The notes beneath the pieces are model-generated. The model saw nothing but the letters and a program-made list of their open reading frames with translations. It did no database searches and had not been told where the DNA came from. Shown here piece by piece: positions 11,011-20,564 of a stretch of DNA of 64,000 nt. The position numbers were made by a program, and so were the translations under genes. Location of the stretch: contig CAVPXI010000004.1 of the NCBI GenBank assembly GCA_963709585.1, positions 300,918-364,917 of the forward strand, in the 5' to 3' direction. The first letter of the stretch is position 1, and each line of letters begins with the position of its first letter. Origin of the DNA: Candidatus Dormiibacterota bacterium. Lineage in GTDB: Bacteria > Chloroflexota > Dormibacteria > Aeolococcales > Aeolococcaceae.

Positions 11011-11343
11011 GCCCGGCCGCAGCGTTTTCGCGTGCCGGCGCGGGCCAAGTTGGCTCGTCGCGTATTCGGCTGACACGATGATCGTGACTCCGCGTGCTGC
11101 TGCAGGGTACGGGTTGACACTCCTGTAGGGGTACGCGCAGGGGTCCCGATCGCGCCGGATTTCTACTGATGGCGTCCGCCTTGCATGTCGCCGCCGGAAC
11201 GCCAACGACACACCGAGGCACTCTTGCCTTGCGCGCTTCAGTGATCGCCGGTCGCAGTCGTGGCGGGGCCACCGGAGTGAGCGATCACTTCTGCAAGTCT
11301 GGGGCTCGTCGACTTTCTGGCTGTGTAGCGATAGTGTGGCTGA

Positions 11344-11604
11344 GTGAGGCGCAACATCGCGATGGTGCTGGTGGCGGTAGCCGTGGGGGTGGGGATCTGG
11401 GTCGGTACTTGGGAGGCGCACTTTTGGGTCGTTAGCGGCGGCGAATGCCCTCCCGGCGGTATCCCCACGTATTGTGCGCCGCCGATTCGAGAACCCCAGT
11501 TCGCGTGGTGGCTGTGCGCGCTGCTGGGAGCCGGGGCAGCGGCCCTAATCGCCCTGATTGCCTTGGCCGTAGATCGCTGGCCTTCCGCGCCGGATTCAAA
11601 CTGA
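11344..11604 (+). CDS. small two-TM hypothetical membrane protein
   Basis: two hydrophobic segments flanking a Cys-Pro-rich loop. Confidence 0.45.
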   Translation: MRRNIAMVLVAVAVGVGIWVGTWEAHFWVVSGGECPPGGIPTYCAPPIREPQFAWWLCALLGAGAAALIALIALAVDRWPSAPDSN

Positions 11605-11967
11605 CCCGCTACGAAAACGGTCCAGATCAACTTCTGCGACCGTTGCTGGACCCGCGCCTGCGGGCGGAATCGTTTCATACCCGAGATTGGGGCCTACGTT
11701 TGGTACTCCTAGACTTGCCCGGGTGTGCATGGCGGCAGCCGAAGCGCGGCCACTTGAACACTCGATCCCGCAACTGGCGGGGCGCCGCAATTTGCACGTC
11801 CGCTGCCTTTAGCGCATACGTGATTTGGTGGGCTGAGGAATTCCTACTTGGCCCTGCCACGCTGGATTTGCGGCGCATTTGGTCTCAGTCCTTGAGGACT
11901 TGCAAAGGGATCAAACCGGCCCGGCGGAAAGCTCGCGGGCTGCCGGTGGCACAGTTAGCCCACACGC

Positions 11968-12393
11968 TGAGGCCCCCGGGGTTTCGTAGACACTCGCCCC
12001 GTATCGATCGCGCTCGGCGTCGATGTCGGTGGTCATCGGGGTCCTCGACCGCCGAGCTCGGTTCCGAAGAAACTGAGCCCCTTGAGAATCTCGTTGGCCC
12101 CGCGCAGCTCACGGTTCTCACGCTCCAGCTGCTTCAAGCGCTCGCGCCACTCGTGGTCAGGCCGAACTCGCTGCCCGGAGTCAACCTCGGCTCGCTTCAC
12201 CGACTCATGCAGCATCACCGGATGCATGCCGAACCTGCCCGCGATCGAACTGCGTCGCCTGCCACTCCGAATGTACTCGCGGCTGTGCTCCTTGACCATC
12301 CGCGCTGCCCGCTCCCTCAGCTACTAGGGATACCTTCTTGACCATTCCTTGCTCCGTCCACCGTGAGGGCTCCAGGATTCCCCGGGAGGTTCA
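11968..12393 (-). mobile_element. degenerate IS3-family fragment (orfA remnant with IS3-type ends)
   Basis: SIAGRFG..SVKRAEVDSG..LKQLERENRELRGANEILK; ends TGAGGCCCCCGGGG and CCCCGGGAGGTTCA. Confidence 0.75.
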
Positions 12394-12495
12394 TTCACCC
12401 CGCGGGGCGCGCCTGGGAACATCGCGTAGTCGTCTGCGTGATATAGGCATGACACTGGTCGATTTTCATCGCGAAGACGTGCTAAGGTCCCGGCT

Positions 12496-13335
12496 GTGGG
12501 CGAAGGTCGGGGTTCGCGAACGAGCGGCAGCATCCATCTCGTTCGCAGTCGACGTATCGGAGTCGTGGCGATAGTGGTGACGCTCGTCGTGGTGTTAGTC
12601 GAACCCATCTCAAGGGTTGCTTGGCGTCCGGCGGTGGCGATGGGTGCAACCCAGGGCTTCCGAGTAACCAGGCGAACCGTCACGACGGTGAGAGCCGTTA
12701 TCTCGGCGCAGGGGTGCCCGACGGTGTCATGGCGGTCGAGAAGAACTATTCGCCGTGGGTGGATCCGTCTCAGCCGATCGCTGACGCCTCAGGTTGGGTA
12801 ATGCTCGTCGACAACACCGGCAAATTGTATTCCCAATTTGGGTGGATTGAATTTGCCGGTGGCGTCAGGCACCTGTTCTCTGAGGTAGGTAACGCTACCA
12901 ATCCTCTCGGCCATGACTTTAACCGTCAGTTTTACTACCCAACGCCGGCTATAAACTCGCAAACCACAGTTGAGGTTTCATACCAGCCGAATAACTCGTA
13001 CAAGTATGACTACTATGCCAATGGGGCACGCGTTGGCGGGGACAACGATTCATATTCCCAATTTGTCCCAGCTCAAGCTCAAATCTCCGGCGAAATATGG
13101 TCTGACGATACTCAGATGCCAGGTGGGTATGCGGTCGACAATTCGACGTATCAATCGTGGACAGGTGAGCGCGTTTGGTATCCCGGAGACTCCTGGAGGG
13201 AACTGGCACTACTTCAATGAAAACTTCGATACCGCTGTCGTTCGCGACGACAACACTACTTTCTACGGTTATTCGAACTATCCGAATGCCTACCTTGACT
13301 CGCAATACATATGGGATTGGGGATGTCCCTACTGA
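12496..13335 (+). CDS. secreted beta-rich protein, possible glutamic-peptidase-like; frameshifted, start approximate
   Basis: hydrophobic signal in 12496 frame, body in 12621 frame, tail in 12970 frame; lower GC. Confidence 0.55.
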
Positions 13336-13853
13336 CTCGGACTCGGGCTGCGGCAGTTCTAGGCTTGACCCTCATCACCGCGATGAGCCTTACCTCTTGC
13401 CGAGCACTCGACGGCGCCTCAGCCACCTCTGTTGCTACACCTACCGTCCAGGCTTCGCCTCCGCCCATCCCGGTTGCCGTACTCGCGGCTAACGGTATTG
13501 TCGTAACCCCCGCACCGCCCGGCACGCAGGCGGCGGTGCCTGAGGATGACGCTGAGAAACTCGCCGTCCAGCAGTTCGCGCCCGGCAGCGTTGTCCTGAT
13601 TGCGGCCCTGATGAACGTCACTAGAGACGGCACGCCCCGTGGTATCTGTTGGGTCGTGTCGATCAATCCCTTAGGCGACGTAGGGTCGAATCCTGTCCCG
13701 AATGGAGCGGAAACTACGACGGTTCCCCCTAGCTTCGCGAACTTCGCGATCGTTGCCATTGACGCGACCACCGGGGCAATCGTCCTTGCTGACACCGGGC
13801 GCGATTCGAGCCTTCCAGACTTGCCGACCCTGGTGCCGGCAGCGGCTCCCTAA
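13323..13853 (+). CDS. lipoprotein with PepSY-like C-terminal motif
   Basis: lipobox LTSC; WVVSI...IVAIDATTGAIV. Confidence 0.6.
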   Translation: MSLLTRTRAAAVLGLTLITAMSLTSCRALDGASATSVATPTVQASPPPIPVAVLAANGIVVTPAPPGTQAAVPEDDAEKLAVQQFAPGSVVLIAALMNVTRDGTPRGICWVVSINPLGDVGSNPVPNGAETTTVPPSFANFAIVAIDATTGAIVLADTGRDSSLPDLPTLVPAAAP

Positions 13854-14278
13854 CGAGAAGTCGCGCCCAGGCAGGATCGAGTGCCAGGTCGGGCATCCGG
13901 CTGGGCGCCACCGGTTGACGGACCTGAAAGCGGCCGCATTGCGGTCCAATGGGCTGCCAATCGGGGAGGAGGTGTGTCGAACTGTTCGGGCTTCGCGGCG
14001 GACAATCCGTCCCTCGCGCCGGTCTGTTGGCTGCACCGCCCGGGGACGCATAACACGAAGCGTAAGGCTCGACGCTAACTGGCCTCGAGGCGAGCGCATC
14101 ACGCTCGCACCACACCGACGCGGTGGCCAAAGAACTCAACGAGCGCCCTCGACAAACCCTCGGCTGGGTGACACCCTTGCAGACGCTCGCCGAGATTGTC
14201 GCAGCGACCGGCTGAAATCCAAGCGCGAACGCTTCGATCTAGGGGTCTTTGCTCAGCGTTGGATGTTTAGGCGAGTCC

Positions 14279-15953
14279 CTACCACGGCTCCAGCTCCGGT
14301 GACATGCCCTGTTCGCGCTCGAACTCCAGTTGCGCTGCTTCCAGCTGCGCATCGATCTCGGGGGTGAGCCAACCGGCGACGGTCATCCCCTCGAGGTGGT
14401 TGTGCGGCCCGCCGCCGGCGTCCTCTGCGTCGATGCGGTCCAGCGCGCGGGCCACCATTTCGTGCGCGGCGTCGTCGGACATGCCCATCTCACACAACCA
14501 GCCTTCCACCTGGTCGTAGGCGCGCTGAGCCACTAGGCGGTCAATCTCCTCCCCGGCCTCCACCCCGGTCGCCTCCTGGGCCAGCTCGGGTCCGCCGAGC
14601 ATCTCGACCAGGGCGCGCTGCCGATCGGTGGCCAGCGCGTCGAGGCCGCTCCGCTGGGGCGTCTCGTAGCGCTCCGGGTAGTCGAGCGCCGACTCCTTCA
14701 ACTCGCTTCGGGTCCATGCCTGCACGGTGCGCTCCTCGGCAGATCGGTTTGTTTCCTTCCAGTGCTCAACGCCGAGGGTGTCCCGCTCGGGCGGGGTGAA
14801 CACCTCGTAGTAGTGGGTGGCGAGAGTGGCGCGCGACATCGCGGTGTACGCCCATTCCCGGGAGGCGCCCTCGGATCCCACCACCAGGGCGATGTCGGCG
14901 GTCATCCCCTGTGCCTTGTGCACGGTCAGCGCGTAGCCGCGGTCGATGGCGTCGTAGTGCGTGGTGTCGAGGGTCAGCTGACGCTTGTCGGGACGCTCCA
15001 GGGTCAGCGTGTGACGCTCGACATCGATCGCCGTGACCACGCCACGGGTGCCGTTGCTGACCGCGCCACTGCGCTCGTTGGCGAGGCAGATGACCCGGTC
15101 GCCAACCTGGTACTCCTTGTCACCGACCGTGAGCGCCGGGCCGTGGACTCTTCCCTCGGCCACCGACCGGGCGTGGGCCAGCTCGTTGAGCGCGGCCACC
15201 TCATCCCGGCGCAGGGCGAGGATGACCGTGTTGAGGCCCCCGGCCTCGAGCCGGGCGTGATCCTCGATCACGTCGACCCGGCGCTCGGCCACCGAGTGGG
15301 CGTCGTGGATGCGCCCGTAGCGCATATACTCGCGGTAGGCCGTACGAGCCTCGCCGTCGCGGAGCAGCTGCAGGGTCGCCCGCTCCCAGCCGCTGCACCC
15401 AGGTGGGGACGGTGATGTGCGTGTGCAGCTGCGGATCGACGGTGACCGCACCTGTGGTGGGATCGGTGACCGGGCGGGCCGTGCGATGCACGAACTCGGG
15501 CATGACCAACTTTGCGCGCACCGCCTCGGTGGTCTTGGTGTCCGGGTTGTACTGGCGCGCCCAGCCGGCGCTGGCCTGGAGATACTCGGCGGCGGCCTGG
15601 ACTCCCTCGCCGTGGATGCGCAGGATGGTCGACCTGGTGCGCTCGTCACCGAGCGCGTAGAGGATGCTCATGTCCTTGGGTGCGGATACGGTCACGTCGA
15701 AGGCGACGACCGTCTGCCTTCGCCAGTGCTTGCCGAGCTCCTCGCCCGTGCGCGGATATGTGCCGCTGAGTATCGCGGCGAAGTCGGTGTCGATCACCTC
15801 GCCGCGCAGACCCAACACTTCAGCGCCGGGTCCAGCCCAGCGTCCCGGCAACTCACCGCGGGCGGTGTAGTACTCGAGCTGCTGCTGCGCAACCGCCTCG
15901 CGCAGGTACCGCACCGCCTGCTCGACGCTGGTGAGCTTGCCGATGGAGATCAT
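14279..15953 (-). pseudogene. MobF/TrwC relaxase-helicase with large internal deletion
   Basis: EYY, FDVTVSAPK, HRTARP..DPQLHTH relaxase joined out of frame to helicase C-terminus GYALTVHKAQG..YTAMSR; no Walker A. Confidence 0.85.
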
Positions 15954-16280
15954 CGCGGAGACCCGTCCTGCACAGGCCTCAGCGTACGGAGAAAGCGCCT
16001 ACAGAGCGCTTACTTTTTCGGAACGTTTGATCTGGAAGAAATCAGCGATGCAACTGTGTGCGTGTCAGGGTCGGCGATGCGTGTGCGCGAGGCAATGATG
16101 GCGGTGAGGGACGGACGCGTGAAGCAGGCGTGCGTCTGTCGAAGGTGAGAGGAGATGGCCGGCGGGCGGAGGACCGAAAGGTGAGCCGAGGGAGCCGCGG
16201 GTGCGAGCAGCGAGGACCGAATGCGCGCAGCGACCGACACGGGCGCTGACCCTGAGGGGGAGTTCACAGCACGAGCGGAC

Positions 16281-16424
16281 GCGACGTTCGCGAATAGCGC
16301 GACGTTCGCGAATAGCGCGGTGCGCGCGAACCTCGCGAAGTGCGCTGGACGCGCGACGTCTGCCGAAAGCGCGATGTGCGCGGGAATCGCGATGTGCGCG
16401 GGAATCGCGCGATCCGCTCCATTC
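16281..16424 (+). repeat. 8 x 18-bp degenerate tandem repeat (9-bp sub-period)
   Basis: GCGACGTTCGCGAATAGC x2, GCGATGTGCGCGGGAATC x2 and four diverged units. Confidence 0.85.
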
Positions 16425-16872
16425 GCATGACACGTGGAAGGCGCGAATGCCGCTAAGCAGCTTTCACCATAGGAAGCGTGTCAACGTAGTGCGTACGCTC
16501 CCGGGGCGGATGCGTCCTGAGCTGTCTGTCGCCCACGTCCTGGACCCGCGGTGTCAAGTATCTGCCGGACTTTCACATGCCAAGGCTTGCTGGAAAAGTG
16601 TAGGCGCTACGTAAGCAAATACATGGCATGCTCGTGCCATGGCTATCGCCGACGTGTCGCCGGGTACCGGCAATGTGCGCGGGAAGCCTCGCGCGCATCA
16701 GACGAAACTTCCTTGGGGTGCCGATGAGCTGGTGTCGCCTCAAGGAACACCCGGGATCCATGCCGACCGGGACCCACGACGCCGACGAGCAACGCCCACC
16801 GCACCAGCGCCCTTGCTCGAGTCGGCCGCGCCGACACCTGTTGAGATTCCGCCTGGATCGACGCGCACTCCG

Positions 16873-17034
16873 ATGCTGCTCACCGTTCGCGACGTGGAAG
16901 CTGAACTGCAACTCGGTCGCACGCGAACCTACGAACTCTTACGCTCAGGCTCCATCCCCGTTATCCGCGTCGGTCGCGCGCTCCGCGTGCCGCGCGATGC
17001 GCTGCGCCACTGGGTCGATGAGCAGACCGCGTGA
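16873..17034 (+). CDS. excisionase-type HTH protein (ORF may extend to 16639)
   Basis: LLTVRDVEAELQLGRTRTYELLRSGSIPVIRVGRALRVP. Confidence 0.85.
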   Translation: MLLTVRDVEAELQLGRTRTYELLRSGSIPVIRVGRALRVPRDALRHWVDEQTA

Positions 17035-17054
17035 CCATTGCGGAGCGAGCGGCG

Positions 17055-17306
17055 TCAGCTCGCCCGCTGTACCGGTCGCACCATGGTGTGGAGTCCTTCC
17101 GGATCGAGGTCCGCACCGTTGGGCCACATCAGTGTGCCCAGCTCCGGATCCACGCGGACGCGGTCGAACTGAATCGGGTCTCGGAGCGGCTCGAACATCT
17201 CACCCCACAGCTCGGCAGCCAGGTCGATGTCACCGACAACCCCGTCGCTGAACGTGAGCCGGAGCCGGTACTCACCGAGGCGCTCTACGCGTGTGACCTT
17301 GACCAT
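17055..17306 (-). CDS. DUF2442 protein (putative antitoxin)
   Basis: YRLRLTFSDG..FEPLRD..WPNGADLDPEGL. Confidence 0.85.
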   Translation of the reverse strand: MVKVTRVERLGEYRLRLTFSDGVVGDIDLAAELWGEMFEPLRDPIQFDRVRVDPELGTLMWPNGADLDPEGLHTMVRPVQRAS

Positions 17307-17315
17307 TCCCCAATC

Positions 17316-17585
17316 CTATGCGAGCGGCTCGATGGATGCCAGCGCCGTGCGTTCGATCACACGTTGCCAGTTGTCTCGCAGCTCCTGCTCGTGCAGGGCC
17401 GCCCATTCCATGACATGCCCAAGCGCCCGAGCAGGCAGCGAACCGTCGAGCACCACCAGCGGCTCTATCCCGATCGAGGCCTCATGCTCCCCGTAGGTCG
17501 CGTGAAAGTGGGCCGCATGGTGTTGCCCGCCGGTCTCCCAGTACATGGTGATGACGATGCCGTAGAAGGCGCTGATCCGCGGCAT
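17316..17585 (-). CDS. DUF4160 protein (putative HicA-like toxin)
   Basis: MPRISAFYGIVITMY..HFHATYGE..EWAALHEQEL. Confidence 0.88.
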   Translation of the reverse strand: MPRISAFYGIVITMYWETGGQHHAAHFHATYGEHEASIGIEPLVVLDGSLPARALGHVMEWAALHEQELRDNWQRVIERTALASIEPLA

Positions 17586-17586
17586 G

Positions 17587-18753
17587 TCAACCCGTGGTGA
17601 TCAGTCGGGTGAGGCGGTCGGCCGCGTCGTCGTGCAACTCCTGGAGAACGTCGGCGTACGTGTCCGCCGTGATGCCGATCGTGGAGTGTCCGAGCACAGT
17701 GCTGACCACCTTCAACTCCGTCCCGCTCGCCAGCATCAGGGTCGCGGCGGCGTGGCGCAAATCGTGGAAGCGACGCACGGTCAGGCCGGCTCTGCGAAGG
17801 CCTGTCTTGAACCGATGGGTCATCCCGGTTGGCTCCACCGGATGACCGGTGGGGCGCGTGAACACCAGCCCGGCGATCGGCTCGTGCCAGGCGGATCCGA
17901 TGTGGAGGCGAGCCTCGCGCTGCCGCTGTCGCTGGACTGCGAGCAGCTCGACCAGCGGATCGGGAATCCGCAACGTCCGCCGAGACCGCTTCGTCTTTGG
18001 CTCGAGGATCTTGAAGAGCACCTCCGGGTCGGATCGCTGGTCACGAGGGATGCGGTGCAGTGCGCCAGTGACTCGCAGCACCTTGCGCTCCAGGTCGACA
18101 TCGTCCCAGCGCAGTCCGAGGATCTCGCCCTGACGCATGCCGAGATACAGGGCCGTGCCCACGACCGCCTCGAGCTCGGTACCGCGAAAGGCGTCGAGGA
18201 TCGCACGCGCTTCCTCGGGTCGAACCGACGCCGCCCGGGTCGCGGACACCTCGAGCGGCTCGGCGAGAGCTGCGGCGTTGCGAGCCACCGTGCCCCATCG
18301 CTGCGCGTCAGCCAGGGCCGAGCGAAGGACCGCGCGGGCATGGTTGACGGTTCGCGGTGCCAGGCCGCCGGCGACCGCCTGCCGCATGGCGATGTTCACC
18401 TGCTGCGGGGTCAGCTGCGCCAGCTTGACCCTCCCCAAGAGAGGAATCAGCTGGTACTTGATGAGGCTACGGTACCGCCGCATGGTGGTCGGGCGGATGT
18501 TCGTTTGCCCCTCGATCCAGGTGCCGAGAAAGTCACCCACCGTCTGCCGGTCGGAGGCGGGTGCCACTCCGAGAGCGAGCCCGCGGATTGCCGCATTCAT
18601 CTTCGCGATCGCATCGGCGCGGCTCTTGCCATACAGGCTGCGCCGGACCTGGCGACCTCTCGCATCAAAGCCGACCGTGACGCGCGCCTCCCACTGGCCC
18701 GGGCGTCGCTCCCGGATCGTCCCTTCGCCAAGGCCTCGGCGCCTGCTCGTCAC
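17587..18753 (-). CDS. tyrosine integrase
   Basis: GEGTI arm domain, GMRQGEILGLRW, HDLRH, LGHS, TADTY; SD GGAGG before GTG. Confidence 0.95.
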   Translation of the reverse strand: MTSRRRGLGEGTIRERRPGQWEARVTVGFDARGRQVRRSLYGKSRADAIAKMNAAIRGLALGVAPASDRQTVGDFLGTWIEGQTNIRPTTMRRYRSLIKYQLIPLLGRVKLAQLTPQQVNIAMRQAVAGGLAPRTVNHARAVLRSALADAQRWGTVARNAAALAEPLEVSATRAASVRPEEARAILDAFRGTELEAVVGTALYLGMRQGEILGLRWDDVDLERKVLRVTGALHRIPRDQRSDPEVLFKILEPKTKRSRRTLRIPDPLVELLAVQRQRQREARLHIGSAWHEPIAGLVFTRPTGHPVEPTGMTHRFKTGLRRAGLTVRRFHDLRHAAATLMLASGTELKVVSTVLGHSTIGITADTYADVLQELHDDAADRLTRLITTG

Positions 18754-18865
18754 CCTGTCCTCCCTGAATCTGTAGGGGTACTGTAGGGGTATTAGCGTCC
18801 TGGCGTCAACGGGATGGGTGGCTTCCGGGGCCGGCAACGGCAGCGATTTGAATTCAAAACCGGCC

Positions 18866-18948
18866 TGCCGGGAGAGGGAGTCGAACCCTCACGAGGTTGC
18901 CCTCGGCGGTTTTTGAGACCGCTGCGTCTACCATTCCGCCACCCCGGC
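18866..18948 (-). tRNA. tRNA-Leu(CAA)
   Basis: GCCGGGG acceptor, anticodon arm GCGGT-CTCAAAA-ACCGC, long variable arm, GGTTCGACTCC. Confidence 0.95.
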
Positions 18949-19012
18949 CGAATGGACAGCGTACCGGCTCCGCCGGGAACCGGAGCGCCTGCCGGCGCGT
19001 ACTCTCAAGTGC

Positions 19013-19587
19013 ATGGACGACGAGGCGCTCCTCGAGCGGGCACGCCGCGGCGACCGCGATGCGTTTGCAGCAATTGTCACTCGTCACCAGGATGAGCTCT
19101 ACACGATGGCACTCCGGATTCTCGGGTCCCCGGCCGACGCGGCAGACGTTGTTCAGGAGACCTTTCTTCGCGCGTACGTCAGGATCCCGGTGCTTCGCGG
19201 GCAGACAATCCGGGCCTGGCTGTTTCGGGTCGCCATCAACTGCAGCCACGACGTCCAGCGCCGGACTGTCCGCGGCCCGCTGATCCGCTCGAGGACGCGC
19301 AGGGCAACATCGTCGAGCTGCCCGACCCGGCACTCGGACCGGAGGCCAGTGCGCTCGCGCGAGAACGCCTTGCCGCAATCCGCGGGGCGCTGCTCACCCT
19401 TCATCCCGACTTTCGAGCCGTGGTCGTTCTCAGAGACGTCAACGAACTGAGCTACGAGGAGATGTCCGCAGCCCTTCGCGTCCCGATCGGCACCGTCAAG
19501 TCGCGGCTCAATCGCGCCCGCTCGATGCTCGCCAAAGCCCTGCGCGGGACAGCCGCCGCCCCCGGCTTCGCCGAGGAGAACGCATGA
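19013..19587 (+). CDS. ECF sigma-70 factor, frameshift near 19290
   Basis: GDRDAF, DVVQETF, WLFRVAIN; LSYEEM...GTVKSRLNRAR in shifted frame. Confidence 0.88.
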
Positions 19588-20513
19588 GCCCGCGCCGCCA
19601 TCTCGACGACCTCTTCTCCGCCGCCTACGAGGACGAGCTCTCGCCGATCGACGAGGCGCGCTTCCGGGCGCACATGCAGTCGTGCGCGCCCTGCGCGGCA
19701 GCATATGCGGAGTTCAGAGCGACCATCGAAGCTCTCCACGAGATGCCCCGGGCGCGCATGCCCCACGTCGTCCATCTCCCTTCGACACCCCCTGTCGCGG
19801 AACGTGTGTCACGGCCTCGCATCGGGCTGAGCTGGTTCAACCTCGGCCTGGTCCGTCGCTTCCCGGCGACGGCGATCGCCGGCGCAGCTGCCGTGGTCCT
19901 GGTCGTCTTCGCGCTCACGCACAACGGCGTCAGCCCTCAAAACAGCACCGCCGGCAGGTCGGCGTCGTCCGTGCCGGCAGCGGCGCCGGCTGACGGGTCC
20001 GTTGCCGCGTGCACCTCGATCGCCGACATCACCGCTGCCGCGCTGCCATCCAGCTTCACCCAGGAGGCTCTGGCGACCGATCCGGCGCAGCCGGCACTGC
20101 ATCTGGTGCTCGCCGCACCGACACTCGTCGTCGTCCCGGGCCGGCAGGCGGTCGTCTACGCGCAGCTGTCGGTGCCGGTCGCGGCGATCTCTGGCCCGGG
20201 TGCCGCGGCCACGCCGCCGACGGCCCGAGCGTTGCTGCCCTGCGTGTCGATTGGGGTCGGCAGCACGGGCGAACGCCTCGCCGCGAGCGCGGCCGGCATC
20301 GCGTCGCTCGACGTCCCTCGGGCCCCAGGCGCGACCCCATCCGCCGGCCTGGGCTTCCAGATCGGTGCAGGAGTTGGCCCGCTGCTCACCTTCCAGGTCC
20401 CCGCCGGTCTCGCCCCCGGGACCGAGATTCATGTCACCGCAACCATCCCCGCCGGCGATGTCAGCGCTGGCAGCCCGCCGCTCGCAGCGGAATTGACCCT
20501 CACGACTCGCTGA
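19584..20513 (+). CDS. zinc-finger (ZAS) anti-sigma factor
   Basis: HMQSCAPC HxxxCxxC, TM helix, ATGA overlap with sigma. Confidence 0.85.
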   Translation: MSPRRHLDDLFSAAYEDELSPIDEARFRAHMQSCAPCAAAYAEFRATIEALHEMPRARMPHVVHLPSTPPVAERVSRPRIGLSWFNLGLVRRFPATAIAGAAAVVLVVFALTHNGVSPQNSTAGRSASSVPAAAPADGSVAACTSIADITAAALPSSFTQEALATDPAQPALHLVLAAPTLVVVPGRQAVVYAQLSVPVAAISGPGAAATPPTARALLPCVSIGVGSTGERLAASAAGIASLDVPRAPGATPSAGLGFQIGAGVGPLLTFQVPAGLAPGTEIHVTATIPAGDVSAGSPPLAAELTLTTR

Positions 20514-20564
20514 CCACCGCGTCCGCGCAGTCTATGGCGCAGGTCCTTGACTAGACTGGGGGCA

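Larger units (their letters stand above)
10957..18918. mobile_element. integrative (mobilizable) element inserted in tRNA-Leu(CAA)
   Basis: att duplication, tyrosine integrase next to the tRNA, excisionase, MobF relaxase remnant. Confidence 0.92.

Noticed and set aside
13977-13989. TCGAACTGTTCGG as a LexA box
   Set aside because: Half-site spacing is 1 nt rather than 4
16281-16424. Tandem repeats as a CRISPR array
   Set aside because: No spacers between units and no cas genes in the window
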